From Planctomycetaceae bacterium (GTDB taxonomy: Bacteria > Planctomycetota > Planctomycetia > Pirellulales > UBA1268): DNA of 27,360 bases. Numbering within the stretch: the first letter of the stretch is position 1; the number at the start of each line of letters is the position of its first letter. Location: contig JBJTBB010000259.1 of NCBI GenBank assembly GCA_046091125.1, forward strand, positions 1-27,360, read 5' to 3'. Made by a program: the position numbers and the translations under genes. Positions 9,518 to 17,528 of this stretch are shown here, piece by piece. The notes under the pieces are model-generated. The model had not been told where the DNA came from, did not search any database, and saw only the letters and a program-made list of their open reading frames with translations.

Positions 9518-10773
9518 TGGTCGACGCCCTTGCCACAACTGCGGGTCGAATCCGAACGGCGGACAACGCCCTTGGGAACCCGTCTGACACGCGCAGCGAG
9601 GCTTACCTCTGGACGCTCAACTTCGGTCCCCAGCATCCCGCCACGCACACCACGCTGCGGCTGGTCCTCAAGCTCGAGGGGGAGCGAGTGGTCGATGCAA
9701 TGCCGGAAATGGGCTATCTGCATTCCGGATTCGAGAAGATCGGCGAGCACCTCACGTTCAACCAGTACGTGACGGTCACCGACCGCATGAACTACATCTC
9801 CCCCATGGCCAACAATGTGGCCTGGCACCACGCGGTGGAGACGTTACTGGGGATCGACCTGACTCCTCGCTGCAAGGTGATTCGCACGATCATCGCCGAA
9901 CTGGCCCGCATCAGCGATCATCTCCTGTGCAACGGCGCCGTCGGCCTCGACACCGGCGCGTTCACCTTTTTCCTCTACGGCTTCTATCAGCGTGAGGTGA
10001 TCTACGACATCTTCGAAACGCTCTGCGGAGCGCGATTTACCAACAGCTACACCCGCGTGGGCGGCGCGTCCCAGGACTTCACTCCCCTGGTGATCGAGAA
10101 GATCCGGACCTTCGTCCGAACATTTCCGAAAACGCTCGAGGACATGGAGCGGCTCCTGACCCGCAACCGCATCGTCGGCGACCGTACGACGGGAGTGGGG
10201 GTGCTCGGAAAGGCCGAGGCCACCAATCGCGGCGCGACTGGCCCGGTGGCCAGAGCCAGCGGCGTGACGCGCGACCTGCGAAAAGACGCCCCCTACCTCG
10301 CCTACTCCGACTCCGATTTCAAGGTTTGCTGCGCATCAGCCGGCGACTGCTACGCGAGGTACCTGGTCCGCATGGCCGAAATGCGGGAGAGCCTGCGGAT
10401 CGTGTCGCAGGCCATCGAGAATCTCCCTGCCGGCCCGCTCAGCGTGGGCATCGACCAGCGGACGGCTCTGCCCTCGAAGCCGCAGGTGTACTCGACGATC
10501 GAGGGCACCATCTCGCACTTCGAACTGTCGATGTCGAATCGTGGCTTCGAGGTGCCGCACGAAGAGTGCTACGCGGCGATCGAGGCCCCCAACGGCGAAC
10601 TCGGCTTTTATGTGGTGGGGGACGGGACAGATGTGGCCTATCGCGCCCGCTGCCGACCGCCGAGCGTCCAGCACTTCGCACTCAGTCCTCACCTGATTCG
10701 GGGACCCACGCTCTCCGACGTCGTCGCCGTCCTCGGCAGCCTCAACATCATCGCCGCGGAGCTCGACCGATGA
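9517..10773 (+). CDS. nuoD: NADH-quinone oxidoreductase subunit D
   Basis: NFGPQHPATH, GYLHSGFEK, DRMNY, ARASG, EAPNGELG, terminal ELDR. TGATG overlap with nuoC. Confidence 0.96.
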   Translation: MVDALATTAGRIRTADNALGNPSDTRSEAYLWTLNFGPQHPATHTTLRLVLKLEGERVVDAMPEMGYLHSGFEKIGEHLTFNQYVTVTDRMNYISPMANNVAWHHAVETLLGIDLTPRCKVIRTIIAELARISDHLLCNGAVGLDTGAFTFFLYGFYQREVIYDIFETLCGARFTNSYTRVGGASQDFTPLVIEKIRTFVRTFPKTLEDMERLLTRNRIVGDRTTGVGVLGKAEATNRGATGPVARASGVTRDLRKDAPYLAYSDSDFKVCCASAGDCYARYLVRMAEMRESLRIVSQAIENLPAGPLSVGIDQRTALPSKPQVYSTIEGTISHFELSMSNRGFEVPHEECYAAIEAPNGELGFYVVGDGTDVAYRARCRPPSVQHFALSPHLIRGPTLSDVVAVLGSLNIIAAELDR

Positions 10774-10871
10774 CGATGAATCGAGAACGCAGTGAAGGCC
10801 TGCTCGGCACAACGCCCGCTCCGGATGAGCCGGTGAAATTCCCTCGACTCGAACCCTTCCTCGCCGCATGA
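10770..10871 (+). CDS. Putative 33-aa small protein between nuoD and nuoE (MTMNRERSEGLLGTTPAPDEPVKFPRLEPFLAA)
   Basis: Its ATG overlaps the nuoD stop (ATGA 10770-10773) and its stop overlaps the nuoE start (ATGA 10868-10871). No recognised family. Confidence 0.4.
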   Translation: MTMNRERSEGLLGTTPAPDEPVKFPRLEPFLAA

Positions 10872-11365
10872 TCGCGTCAAACAAGATCCTCACCGACGAC
10901 ATGGTGGCCGAGATCGAGGCCCTCTCGCCGCACTATCCGGACCGCCGCGCCCTCACGCTCCCGGCCCTGCACGTGGTCTATGCGCGGCTGCGACACGTGC
11001 CGCTCGCAGCCGTCGTGGAAATCGCAGAACTGCTCGGGCTGGCCCCGGCCGAGGTGCAGGACACCCTGTCCTTCTACCAGTTCTTTCCCCAGGAGAAGCC
11101 CTGTGGGCGGGTGCGAGCCTTCGTCTGGCGCTCGATCGCCTGTGCGCTCAGGGGTGGCGACGAACTGCTCGAGCGCCTCTGCCACGCCCATGGCATCGAT
11201 CCTCACGGGACGACCGCCGACGGCGGCCTCACGATCGAACCGGCGGAGTGCCTCGGTGCCTGTGATTTCGCTCCCTGCATCCTTGCCAACGACGACCTTC
11301 TCCCGAACATGACCCCCGAGGCCGCGATCGCGGCCCTCAAGGAGCCGCGGTCGCCCGCGACCTGA
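10868..11365 (+). CDS. nuoE: NADH-quinone oxidoreductase subunit E (first N1a ligand reads Trp)
   Basis: EIAELLGLAPAEVQDTLSFY, VWRSIACALRG, AECLGACDFAP; positioned between nuoD and nuoF. Confidence 0.92.
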   Translation: MIASNKILTDDMVAEIEALSPHYPDRRALTLPALHVVYARLRHVPLAAVVEIAELLGLAPAEVQDTLSFYQFFPQEKPCGRVRAFVWRSIACALRGGDELLERLCHAHGIDPHGTTADGGLTIEPAECLGACDFAPCILANDDLLPNMTPEAAIAALKEPRSPAT

Positions 11366-11366
11366 G

Positions 11367-12722
11367 ATGACGCCATCCAAGCCCGTCCTGCTCGAGGCGG
11401 TCGGCACACCCGACGGCCACACGCTGGCCAGTTATGCGGCACGGGGCGGGTACGCGCCACTGGCTGCGGCCCTCCGAGACAAGCAGCCTGCAGACGTGGT
11501 CGAGATGGTGAAGTCCTCCGGCCTTCGAGGCCGCGGGGGCGCTGGTTTTTCGACCGGACTCAAGTGGACGTTTCTGCCCAAGGACCATCCGGGGCCGATC
11601 TACCTCTGCGTCAACGCCGACGAGAGCGAGCCGGGGACGTTCAACAACAGGATCCTGATGGAGGACGACCCCCACCAGGTGCTCGAAGGGACCATCCTGT
11701 CGTCCTATGCGACCAGGGCGACGACCGCCTACATCTACATGCGCTACGAGTATCCGAAGGCCTGGAAGCGGCTGCAGGCGGCCATCGACGAGGCCTATGC
11801 CGGAGGCTGGCTCGGAAAGAACATCCGTGGCAGCGGCTTCTCACTCGACGTTCACCTCCATCGGGGAGCTGCGGCGTACATCTGCGGCGAGGAGACAGGG
11901 CTCATCGAGAGTCTCGAGGGCAAACGGGCCTGGCCTCGGATCAAGCCACCGTTCCCGGCCATCGAGGGCGTCTTCCGCAAGCCGACGGTCGTGAACAACA
12001 TCGAGACCATGGCCTGCGTGGCACAGATCGCCCGGCGTGGCGTCGAGTGGTTCAAGTCGATCGGCGTGCCTCCCGATCCGAACAATCCGCGCGACCCTGG
12101 CTCCTACGGCCCCAAGCTTTACTGCCTCTCCGGACACGTGGAGCGACCGGGATGCTACGAGGCGCCGCTTGGCATTACGGCGAGGGCCTTGATCGAGGAG
12201 CACGGTGGAGGTGTCTGGAAGCGGAGAAGGGCCAAGGCGGTCATCCCGGGCGGAATCTCGATGGGTCTCATGAGCGAGAGCGAACTCGACACTCCGCTGG
12301 ACTTCGCGGGACCGGGCCGCGTCGGGTGCCTGGGGCTCGGGACGGCCGCGGTGGTGGTGCTCGACGAAACGGTGAGCATCGTTGATTTCCTCCATAATTC
12401 CTGCCGTTTCTTCGCCCACGAGTCGTGCGGACAGTGCACCCCCTGCCGAGAGGGCACAAGTTGGAGCCTGCGGATGCTCGAGCGGATCCGGGTCGGCAAG
12501 GGTCGGCTGCGGGACCTCGATCTCCTCCTTGAAATCGGGAACACCATGGGCATGATGCCCGGCAGTACGATCTGCGGCCTGGCTGATGGTGCCGCCTGGC
12601 CGATCAAGTACGCGATCAACAAGGTCCGCGGCGTATTCGAGGACTACATCAAGCGGACCAACCCGGAGGGCTGGATGGTGACCGACCCCGTTCCCGCCCT
12701 GCAGATCGTGGGGTCCCACTGA
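11367..12722 (+). CDS. nuoF: NADH-quinone oxidoreductase subunit F
   Basis: LRGRGGAGF, NADESEPGT, YICGEETGLIESLEG, NNIET, N3 motif CGQCTPCREG...TIC. Confidence 0.97.
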   Translation: MTPSKPVLLEAVGTPDGHTLASYAARGGYAPLAAALRDKQPADVVEMVKSSGLRGRGGAGFSTGLKWTFLPKDHPGPIYLCVNADESEPGTFNNRILMEDDPHQVLEGTILSSYATRATTAYIYMRYEYPKAWKRLQAAIDEAYAGGWLGKNIRGSGFSLDVHLHRGAAAYICGEETGLIESLEGKRAWPRIKPPFPAIEGVFRKPTVVNNIETMACVAQIARRGVEWFKSIGVPPDPNNPRDPGSYGPKLYCLSGHVERPGCYEAPLGITARALIEEHGGGVWKRRRAKAVIPGGISMGLMSESELDTPLDFAGPGRVGCLGLGTAAVVVLDETVSIVDFLHNSCRFFAHESCGQCTPCREGTSWSLRMLERIRVGKGRLRDLDLLLEIGNTMGMMPGSTICGLADGAAWPIKYAINKVRGVFEDYIKRTNPEGWMVTDPVPALQIVGSH

Positions 12723-14362
12723 TGCCCACGGTGATCGTCGACGATCGGGAGATCGAGATCGGGCCGGATGAGCGGCTCAATTGCATCGAAGCCGCACGTC
12801 GGGCGGGCGTCGAGATCCCCCACTACTGCTGGCACCCGGGGCTGTCGGTCGTGGCGAGCTGTCGGATGTGCCTTGTCGAGACGGGTCAGCGAGACGCCGC
12901 CACCGGAAAGGTCACGATGGTGCCCAAGCTCGTGCCGGGCTGTCAGACACCGGTGAAGGATGGCACCGTGATCGTCACGGAAAGTGACAAGGTGAAGGAG
13001 AGCAGGGCCCGGGTGGAGGAATCGCTGCTCATCGATCATCCGATTGACTGCCCCGTGTGTGACAAGGCGGGCGAGTGCCTGCTCCAGGACTATCACTTCG
13101 CCCATGGGCAGGCCGAACGTCGAGCCGATATCCAGCCCTTCCACAGCCGCCGTCGTGACGTCGGGCCGACGGTCACCCTGTTCGTGGATCGGTGCATCAT
13201 GTGCACCCGTTGCGTGCGGTTTACGAGGGAGATCTCCGGCAGCAGCGAGTTGATGGTCTCGGCTCGGGGTGCGAAGGAGGAAATCGACGTCTTCCCGGGT
13301 TTTCCGCTCGAGAATCCGCTGTCGGGAAACGTCGTCGATCTCTGTCCGGTCGGCGCCCTCGGAGACAAGGATTTCCTCTATCAACAACGGGTCTGGTTCC
13401 TCGGCAGCGAGTCGAACGTCTGCGGTGGATGCGCGACCGGCTGCTCGATCACGACCGAGTCGAATCAGGACACGGTCTACCGGCTCAAACCCCGTGAAAA
13501 TCCCCATGTGAATCGATGGTGGATCTGTGACGAGGGCCGTTATGGATGGCACCACTTGCACGACTCCAGCCGGCTGGTCGAGGCCCGTCGGACATCATCG
13601 GAGACCGGCGAAGCGATCGTCGAGTGGTCGAAGGTTGCCAGGGACCTTCAGGCGGATCTGAAGCGGGCCGGTCGGCTCGCCGTGGCCGTCTCGCCGATGC
13701 ACACGCTCGAGGAGGCCTGGATGCTCTGCCGAGTCGCGCGGAGCATCGATCCGGCCGCCTTCCTGGCCGGCGGTCACGTCCCGACGGCCGGTACGGATGC
13801 GACCTTCCCTGGTGGCTACACGATCCGCGCCGAAAAATGTCCCAACCGTGCGGGTGTCGAGCATGTCGTGGCGTCCTTCGGTGCCGTCGACTCGCAGGGG
13901 AGGGTGCACGATTGGCAGGCCCTCCTCGCGTTCGTCCGCGGCGGAGGCGCCGATGCCGCATGGATCACGGCCGGTTATCCCGCCTCCTGGATCGACGCGG
14001 AAACGTCGCGACATTTCGAGGGCCTCGGCTGCCTTGTCGTGCAGGATCTCTTCGCATCGCCACTCACGGAACTCGCGCCGGGCTCGATCGCCTCTTGGCG
14101 GCTGCCGGCGGTTGGTTTCGCGGAACGGGCGGGCACGTGGGTCAATGCGACACAGCGGGCACAGACGTTCCAGCAGGCGATCCGTCCACCGGCCGGCGTC
14201 TGGCCCGAGGGACGGCTCTACTGGAACATGCTCTCGCGGCGCGGGCTCTACGACCCAGACGCGATCCGCTCGGAACTCGCCCGAGAAGTCTCGTCGCTGG
14301 CCGCAGTGGGTGGTGACGTCCCGGCCGTCGGCATCGATCTCCGCATCCACCAGCTCGCTTGA
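12722..14362 (+). CDS. nuoG: NADH-quinone oxidoreductase subunit G (short, 546 aa)
   Basis: N1b: HYCWHPGLSVVASCRMC...GC. N5: HPIDCPVCDKAGEC. N4: CIMCTRC...CPVGAL. N7-type: CGGCATGC...ICDEGR. Confidence 0.93.
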   Translation: MPTVIVDDREIEIGPDERLNCIEAARRAGVEIPHYCWHPGLSVVASCRMCLVETGQRDAATGKVTMVPKLVPGCQTPVKDGTVIVTESDKVKESRARVEESLLIDHPIDCPVCDKAGECLLQDYHFAHGQAERRADIQPFHSRRRDVGPTVTLFVDRCIMCTRCVRFTREISGSSELMVSARGAKEEIDVFPGFPLENPLSGNVVDLCPVGALGDKDFLYQQRVWFLGSESNVCGGCATGCSITTESNQDTVYRLKPRENPHVNRWWICDEGRYGWHHLHDSSRLVEARRTSSETGEAIVEWSKVARDLQADLKRAGRLAVAVSPMHTLEEAWMLCRVARSIDPAAFLAGGHVPTAGTDATFPGGYTIRAEKCPNRAGVEHVVASFGAVDSQGRVHDWQALLAFVRGGGADAAWITAGYPASWIDAETSRHFEGLGCLVVQDLFASPLTELAPGSIASWRLPAVGFAERAGTWVNATQRAQTFQQAIRPPAGVWPEGRLYWNMLSRRGLYDPDAIRSELAREVSSLAAVGGDVPAVGIDLRIHQLA

Positions 14363-14372
14363 ATCGGCTCAC

Positions 14373-15677
14373 ATGAACCCCCTGCTCCCATCCCCCGGAA
14401 CGCTCGCCGCGCTCGTGAAGATCGGGCTGCTGGTGGGTGGACTCATGACGGCCGCCGCCTACCTCGTCCTGCTCGAGCGATGGATCGCCGCCTGGGTGCA
14501 GGACCGCAAGGGGCCCAATCGCGTCGGCATTCCCCTGACGAAGATCCGCCTGTTTGGTCTCGGTCAGCCGCTGGCCGACGGCCTCAAGATCATTCTCAAG
14601 GAGGATTTCACGCCCTCGCACGTCGATCGTGTTCTCTACGCCGCCGCTCCGCTCATGATCCTCGCGGCATCGCTGGCGATCTTTGCCGCGATTCCATTCG
14701 GGAGCGTCCTGCCTCCGCTGGGAATCCCCGGACTCCCCGACCCGGTGCCGCTGCTAGTGGCGCCGTCACTCGACGTCGGCGTGCTCTGGGTGTTCGCGCT
14801 TTCAAGCATTGCGGTCTATGGAGTGCTGCTGGGGGGCTGGGCGAGCAACAACAAGTATGGCTTTCTCGGGGGCCTGCGATCGAGCGCGCAGCTCGTGGCG
14901 TATGAGATCCCGCTGGGACTGGGACTGCTCGGTGTCGTACTGGCGGCCGGATCGCTCAAGCTCGACGTCGTGATGAACGCACAGGCCGCAACGGGCACCT
15001 GGTACGCGTTCGCCCAGCCGCTGGGGTTCGTGGTGTTTCTGGTGGCGAGCTTCGCCGAGGCCGCGAGCCTGCCCTTCGACCTACCGGAGGCAGAGCAGGA
15101 GCTGGTCGGCGGCTATCACACAGAGTATTCGGGCATCAAGCTGCTGTTGTTCCTGGTGGCGGAATTCCTCCACATGATCACCGCGGCATTTCTGATCGTG
15201 ATCCTGTTTCTCGGTGGCTGGCACCTGTGGGGCCTGACGGGTGAGGGCGACGACATCGGCTGGGGGATGGCCCTGCTGCGATTCGCAGTGTTCTCGGCGA
15301 AGGTCCTTGCCGTCATCGTGTTCTTCATGCTCGTCCGCTGGAGTTGGCCGAGGTTTCGCTTCGACCAACTGATGAATCTCGCCTGGAAAGTCATGCTGCC
15401 TCTCGGGCTGGCCAACCTCGTGATGGTGGCGATCGTCGAGGAAGTCCGTCCGCAACTCGCAGCCGCACTGGGAAGCGGTGCGGCGGGCTGGTGTGCGACG
15501 CTCCTGCCGTGGGCCGTGTTCTTCCTCGGCTGGATAGCCGCGGGACTCCTCACGCCTTCGGGGACCGACAACCGCCCCATCCGCGGCGTCGCAAACCGAT
15601 CCCCGGGGCGGCCCCAGCCGTTCGATGCGGAAGCTGAACTCGAGCACGCGGCGAGCCGTGAGATGGTGGAGGCCTGA
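14373..15677 (+). CDS. nuoH: NADH-quinone oxidoreductase subunit H, 434 aa
   Basis: LERWIAAWVQDRKGPNRVG, QPLADGLK, SAQLVAYE, PFDLPEAEQELVGGY, RFRFDQLM. Start set at ATG 14373 because the track's extension is an alternate frame of nuoG. Confidence 0.96.
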   Translation: MNPLLPSPGTLAALVKIGLLVGGLMTAAAYLVLLERWIAAWVQDRKGPNRVGIPLTKIRLFGLGQPLADGLKIILKEDFTPSHVDRVLYAAAPLMILAASLAIFAAIPFGSVLPPLGIPGLPDPVPLLVAPSLDVGVLWVFALSSIAVYGVLLGGWASNNKYGFLGGLRSSAQLVAYEIPLGLGLLGVVLAAGSLKLDVVMNAQAATGTWYAFAQPLGFVVFLVASFAEAASLPFDLPEAEQELVGGYHTEYSGIKLLLFLVAEFLHMITAAFLIVILFLGGWHLWGLTGEGDDIGWGMALLRFAVFSAKVLAVIVFFMLVRWSWPRFRFDQLMNLAWKVMLPLGLANLVMVAIVEEVRPQLAAALGSGAAGWCATLLPWAVFFLGWIAAGLLTPSGTDNRPIRGVANRSPGRPQPFDAEAELEHAASREMVEA

Positions 15678-15679
15678 CC

Positions 15680-16222
15680 ATGAAACCGACCGATCCCGAC
15701 GTGACCTGGATTGACGAGAGGCCGCTTGGGCTGACGGAACGCCTCTTCCTGCCGCTGTTCATCCAGGGACTCACGACAACCGCCCGACACATGGTGAGTC
15801 CCAAGGTGACCGTCAGTTATCCGGAACAGCGGCCCGTCGTCGGGAATCCTTTGATTTACCGGGGCGTGCATCGGCTGAATCGTGACGAACAGGACCGCGT
15901 GAAGTGCGTCGCCTGCTTTCTCTGCGCGACGGCCTGTCCCGCCCACTGCATCGACATCGTCGCCGCCGAAAGCCCGTGGCCCGATCGGGAGAAATACCCG
16001 GAGGCGTTCCAGATCGACGAACTGCGATGCATCTTCTGCGGCATGTGCGAGGAAGCCTGCCCGGTCGATGCGATCGAACTCACGAGCCTGCTCGATCTGA
16101 CCGGCAAAAGTCGTGAGGAGATGGTGTTCGACAAGGAGAAACTCCTCAGCGTGTTCGACAAGACGAAGGATGCCGAGCCGATGAAATCGAGATCGTCCGC
16201 CCACACCGGGGGAACGACGTGA
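15680..16222 (+). CDS. nuoI: NADH-quinone oxidoreductase subunit I
   Basis: Two ferredoxin motifs, CVACFLCATACP and CIFCGMCEEACP. GGAGG upstream. Confidence 0.96.
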   Translation: MKPTDPDVTWIDERPLGLTERLFLPLFIQGLTTTARHMVSPKVTVSYPEQRPVVGNPLIYRGVHRLNRDEQDRVKCVACFLCATACPAHCIDIVAAESPWPDREKYPEAFQIDELRCIFCGMCEEACPVDAIELTSLLDLTGKSREEMVFDKEKLLSVFDKTKDAEPMKSRSSAHTGGTT

Positions 16223-17016
16223 GCGGGTCCGTGTCGAAACTGCTGCTGAACCTGCCGGCGGGGATCGTGCTCGCAGCGGCCGTGATCGCGACCGCAGCGT
16301 GCCTCTGGCTCCTGCTGCCCCACGGTCGGGACAGCCGCCTGCGACGGTGGCTTGGGCTGACGACCGGACTCGTGGCGCTCGGTGGATTCGCGATGGCCGG
16401 TCGCAGGCTTGGCGGACTCGGCGAAGAGAGCGTGTTTCTCGTGGTGTCACTGGTGGCGGTCGTGGGCGGTGCCGCCATGGTCACAACCCGATCCCCGGTC
16501 TATTCGGCGATCTGGTTCGCTCTCTCGTTGGCGGGCGTGTCGGGCGTGCTGCTGGTGCTTGGCGGCCAGTTCCTCGGTGTGGCCACGATTGTCGTCTACG
16601 CAGGTGCCATCCTGGTGATGTTCCTGTTCGTACTGATGCTCGCCCAGCCCTCCGGGCTGTCTCCCTACGACCGCGTGTCCAACGAACCCTTCCTGTCCGC
16701 GATCGCGGGGGCGGTCCTGCTCGGGCTCCTGTCCCTCTCGATCGGCCGTCTCTCCATCCCAGTCAACGCATCCGCCGCTGATGCTGCCGTGCAAGGTGAA
16801 TCGGCGGTTGCCGCTCCTTCACCCGTCGATCCGCTCGAACCCAATCACGTCGCAAGGCTCGGGGGAGAACTGTTCGGTCGCCATCTCATCGCCGTCGAGG
16901 CGGCGGGAGTGCTGCTGCTGGTGGCGCTCATCGGTGCCATCGCGGTCGTGTCCCACGGAGAGGAAGCAACGGCCGGCCTCACGGCGTCCGGGTCGGGCCG
17001 GAGGGATGCGATATGA
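16219..17016 (+). CDS. nuoJ: NADH-quinone oxidoreductase subunit J with hydrophobic N-terminal extension
   Basis: RSPVYSAIWF, QFLGVATIVVYAGAILVMFLFVLML, EAAGVLLLVALIGA. GTGA overlap with nuoI. Confidence 0.92.
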   Translation: MSGSVSKLLLNLPAGIVLAAAVIATAACLWLLLPHGRDSRLRRWLGLTTGLVALGGFAMAGRRLGGLGEESVFLVVSLVAVVGGAAMVTTRSPVYSAIWFALSLAGVSGVLLVLGGQFLGVATIVVYAGAILVMFLFVLMLAQPSGLSPYDRVSNEPFLSAIAGAVLLGLLSLSIGRLSIPVNASAADAAVQGESAVAAPSPVDPLEPNHVARLGGELFGRHLIAVEAAGVLLLVALIGAIAVVSHGEEATAGLTASGSGRRDAI

Positions 17017-17483
17017 CGGGACTGCTCGCCGTGAACGACTTCGTCCGTGAAGGACTGCTGCACGACGGACTGCTCGTCGGCGCCATCCTGTTCGCCGTGG
17101 GCATGGTGGGACTGCTCGCCCGCCGGAACCTGATTGTGATGTTCCTGTCGGCGGAACTGATGCTGCAGGGCGTTTCGGTGAGCCTGGTCTCCTGGAGTCG
17201 CTTTAACGGGGACTTCGGTGGTCATGTGCTCGTCGTGCGCGTGCGGACCGGCGCCGCCTGCGAGGCTGCCGTGGCGCGTGTGATCGTGCTGCGGGCATTC
17301 GCCGCCACTGGTCGCCTCGATGCGCAGGCCTGGCAGGGCCTCCGCGAACATGACCTGCCCGAGGTCATCGATCACGCGTTGCCGGAAGTCGACGCGGCGG
17401 CGCCCGCCTGGCCCCGACTCACTCCCGCCGGCGTCGAGCCGCCGAGCGACCCCGAGGCGGTCCTCCAACGGGAGCACGTCTGA
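17013..17483 (+). CDS. nuoK: NADH-quinone oxidoreductase subunit K with C-terminal extension
   Basis: GLLARRNLIVMFLSAELMLQG (TM2 Glu) and AACEAAV (TM3 Glu). ATGA overlap with nuoJ. Confidence 0.92.
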   Translation: MTGLLAVNDFVREGLLHDGLLVGAILFAVGMVGLLARRNLIVMFLSAELMLQGVSVSLVSWSRFNGDFGGHVLVVRVRTGAACEAAVARVIVLRAFAATGRLDAQAWQGLREHDLPEVIDHALPEVDAAAPAWPRLTPAGVEPPSDPEAVLQREHV

Positions 17484-17528
17484 GGTCGTTCGTCATCGAG
17501 GCGACCCCCCTATCCCCACACGCATCCG

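Noticed and set aside
11616-11650. NuoF NADESEPGTFNNR instead of ...KDR as a sign of altered nucleotide specificity
   Set aside because: The key Glu and Gly-rich motifs are intact. It cannot be distinguished from an ordinary lineage variant without an alignment.
13797-14372. Apparent 192-aa N-terminal extension of NuoH (possible G-H fusion)
   Set aside because: Different frame from nuoG, which has its own stop at 14362. The extension is Arg/Ser-rich shadow sequence.
15116-16450. 444-aa minus-strand ORF
   Set aside because: Antisense to nuoH/I/J, which carry clear motifs; no family signature of its own.
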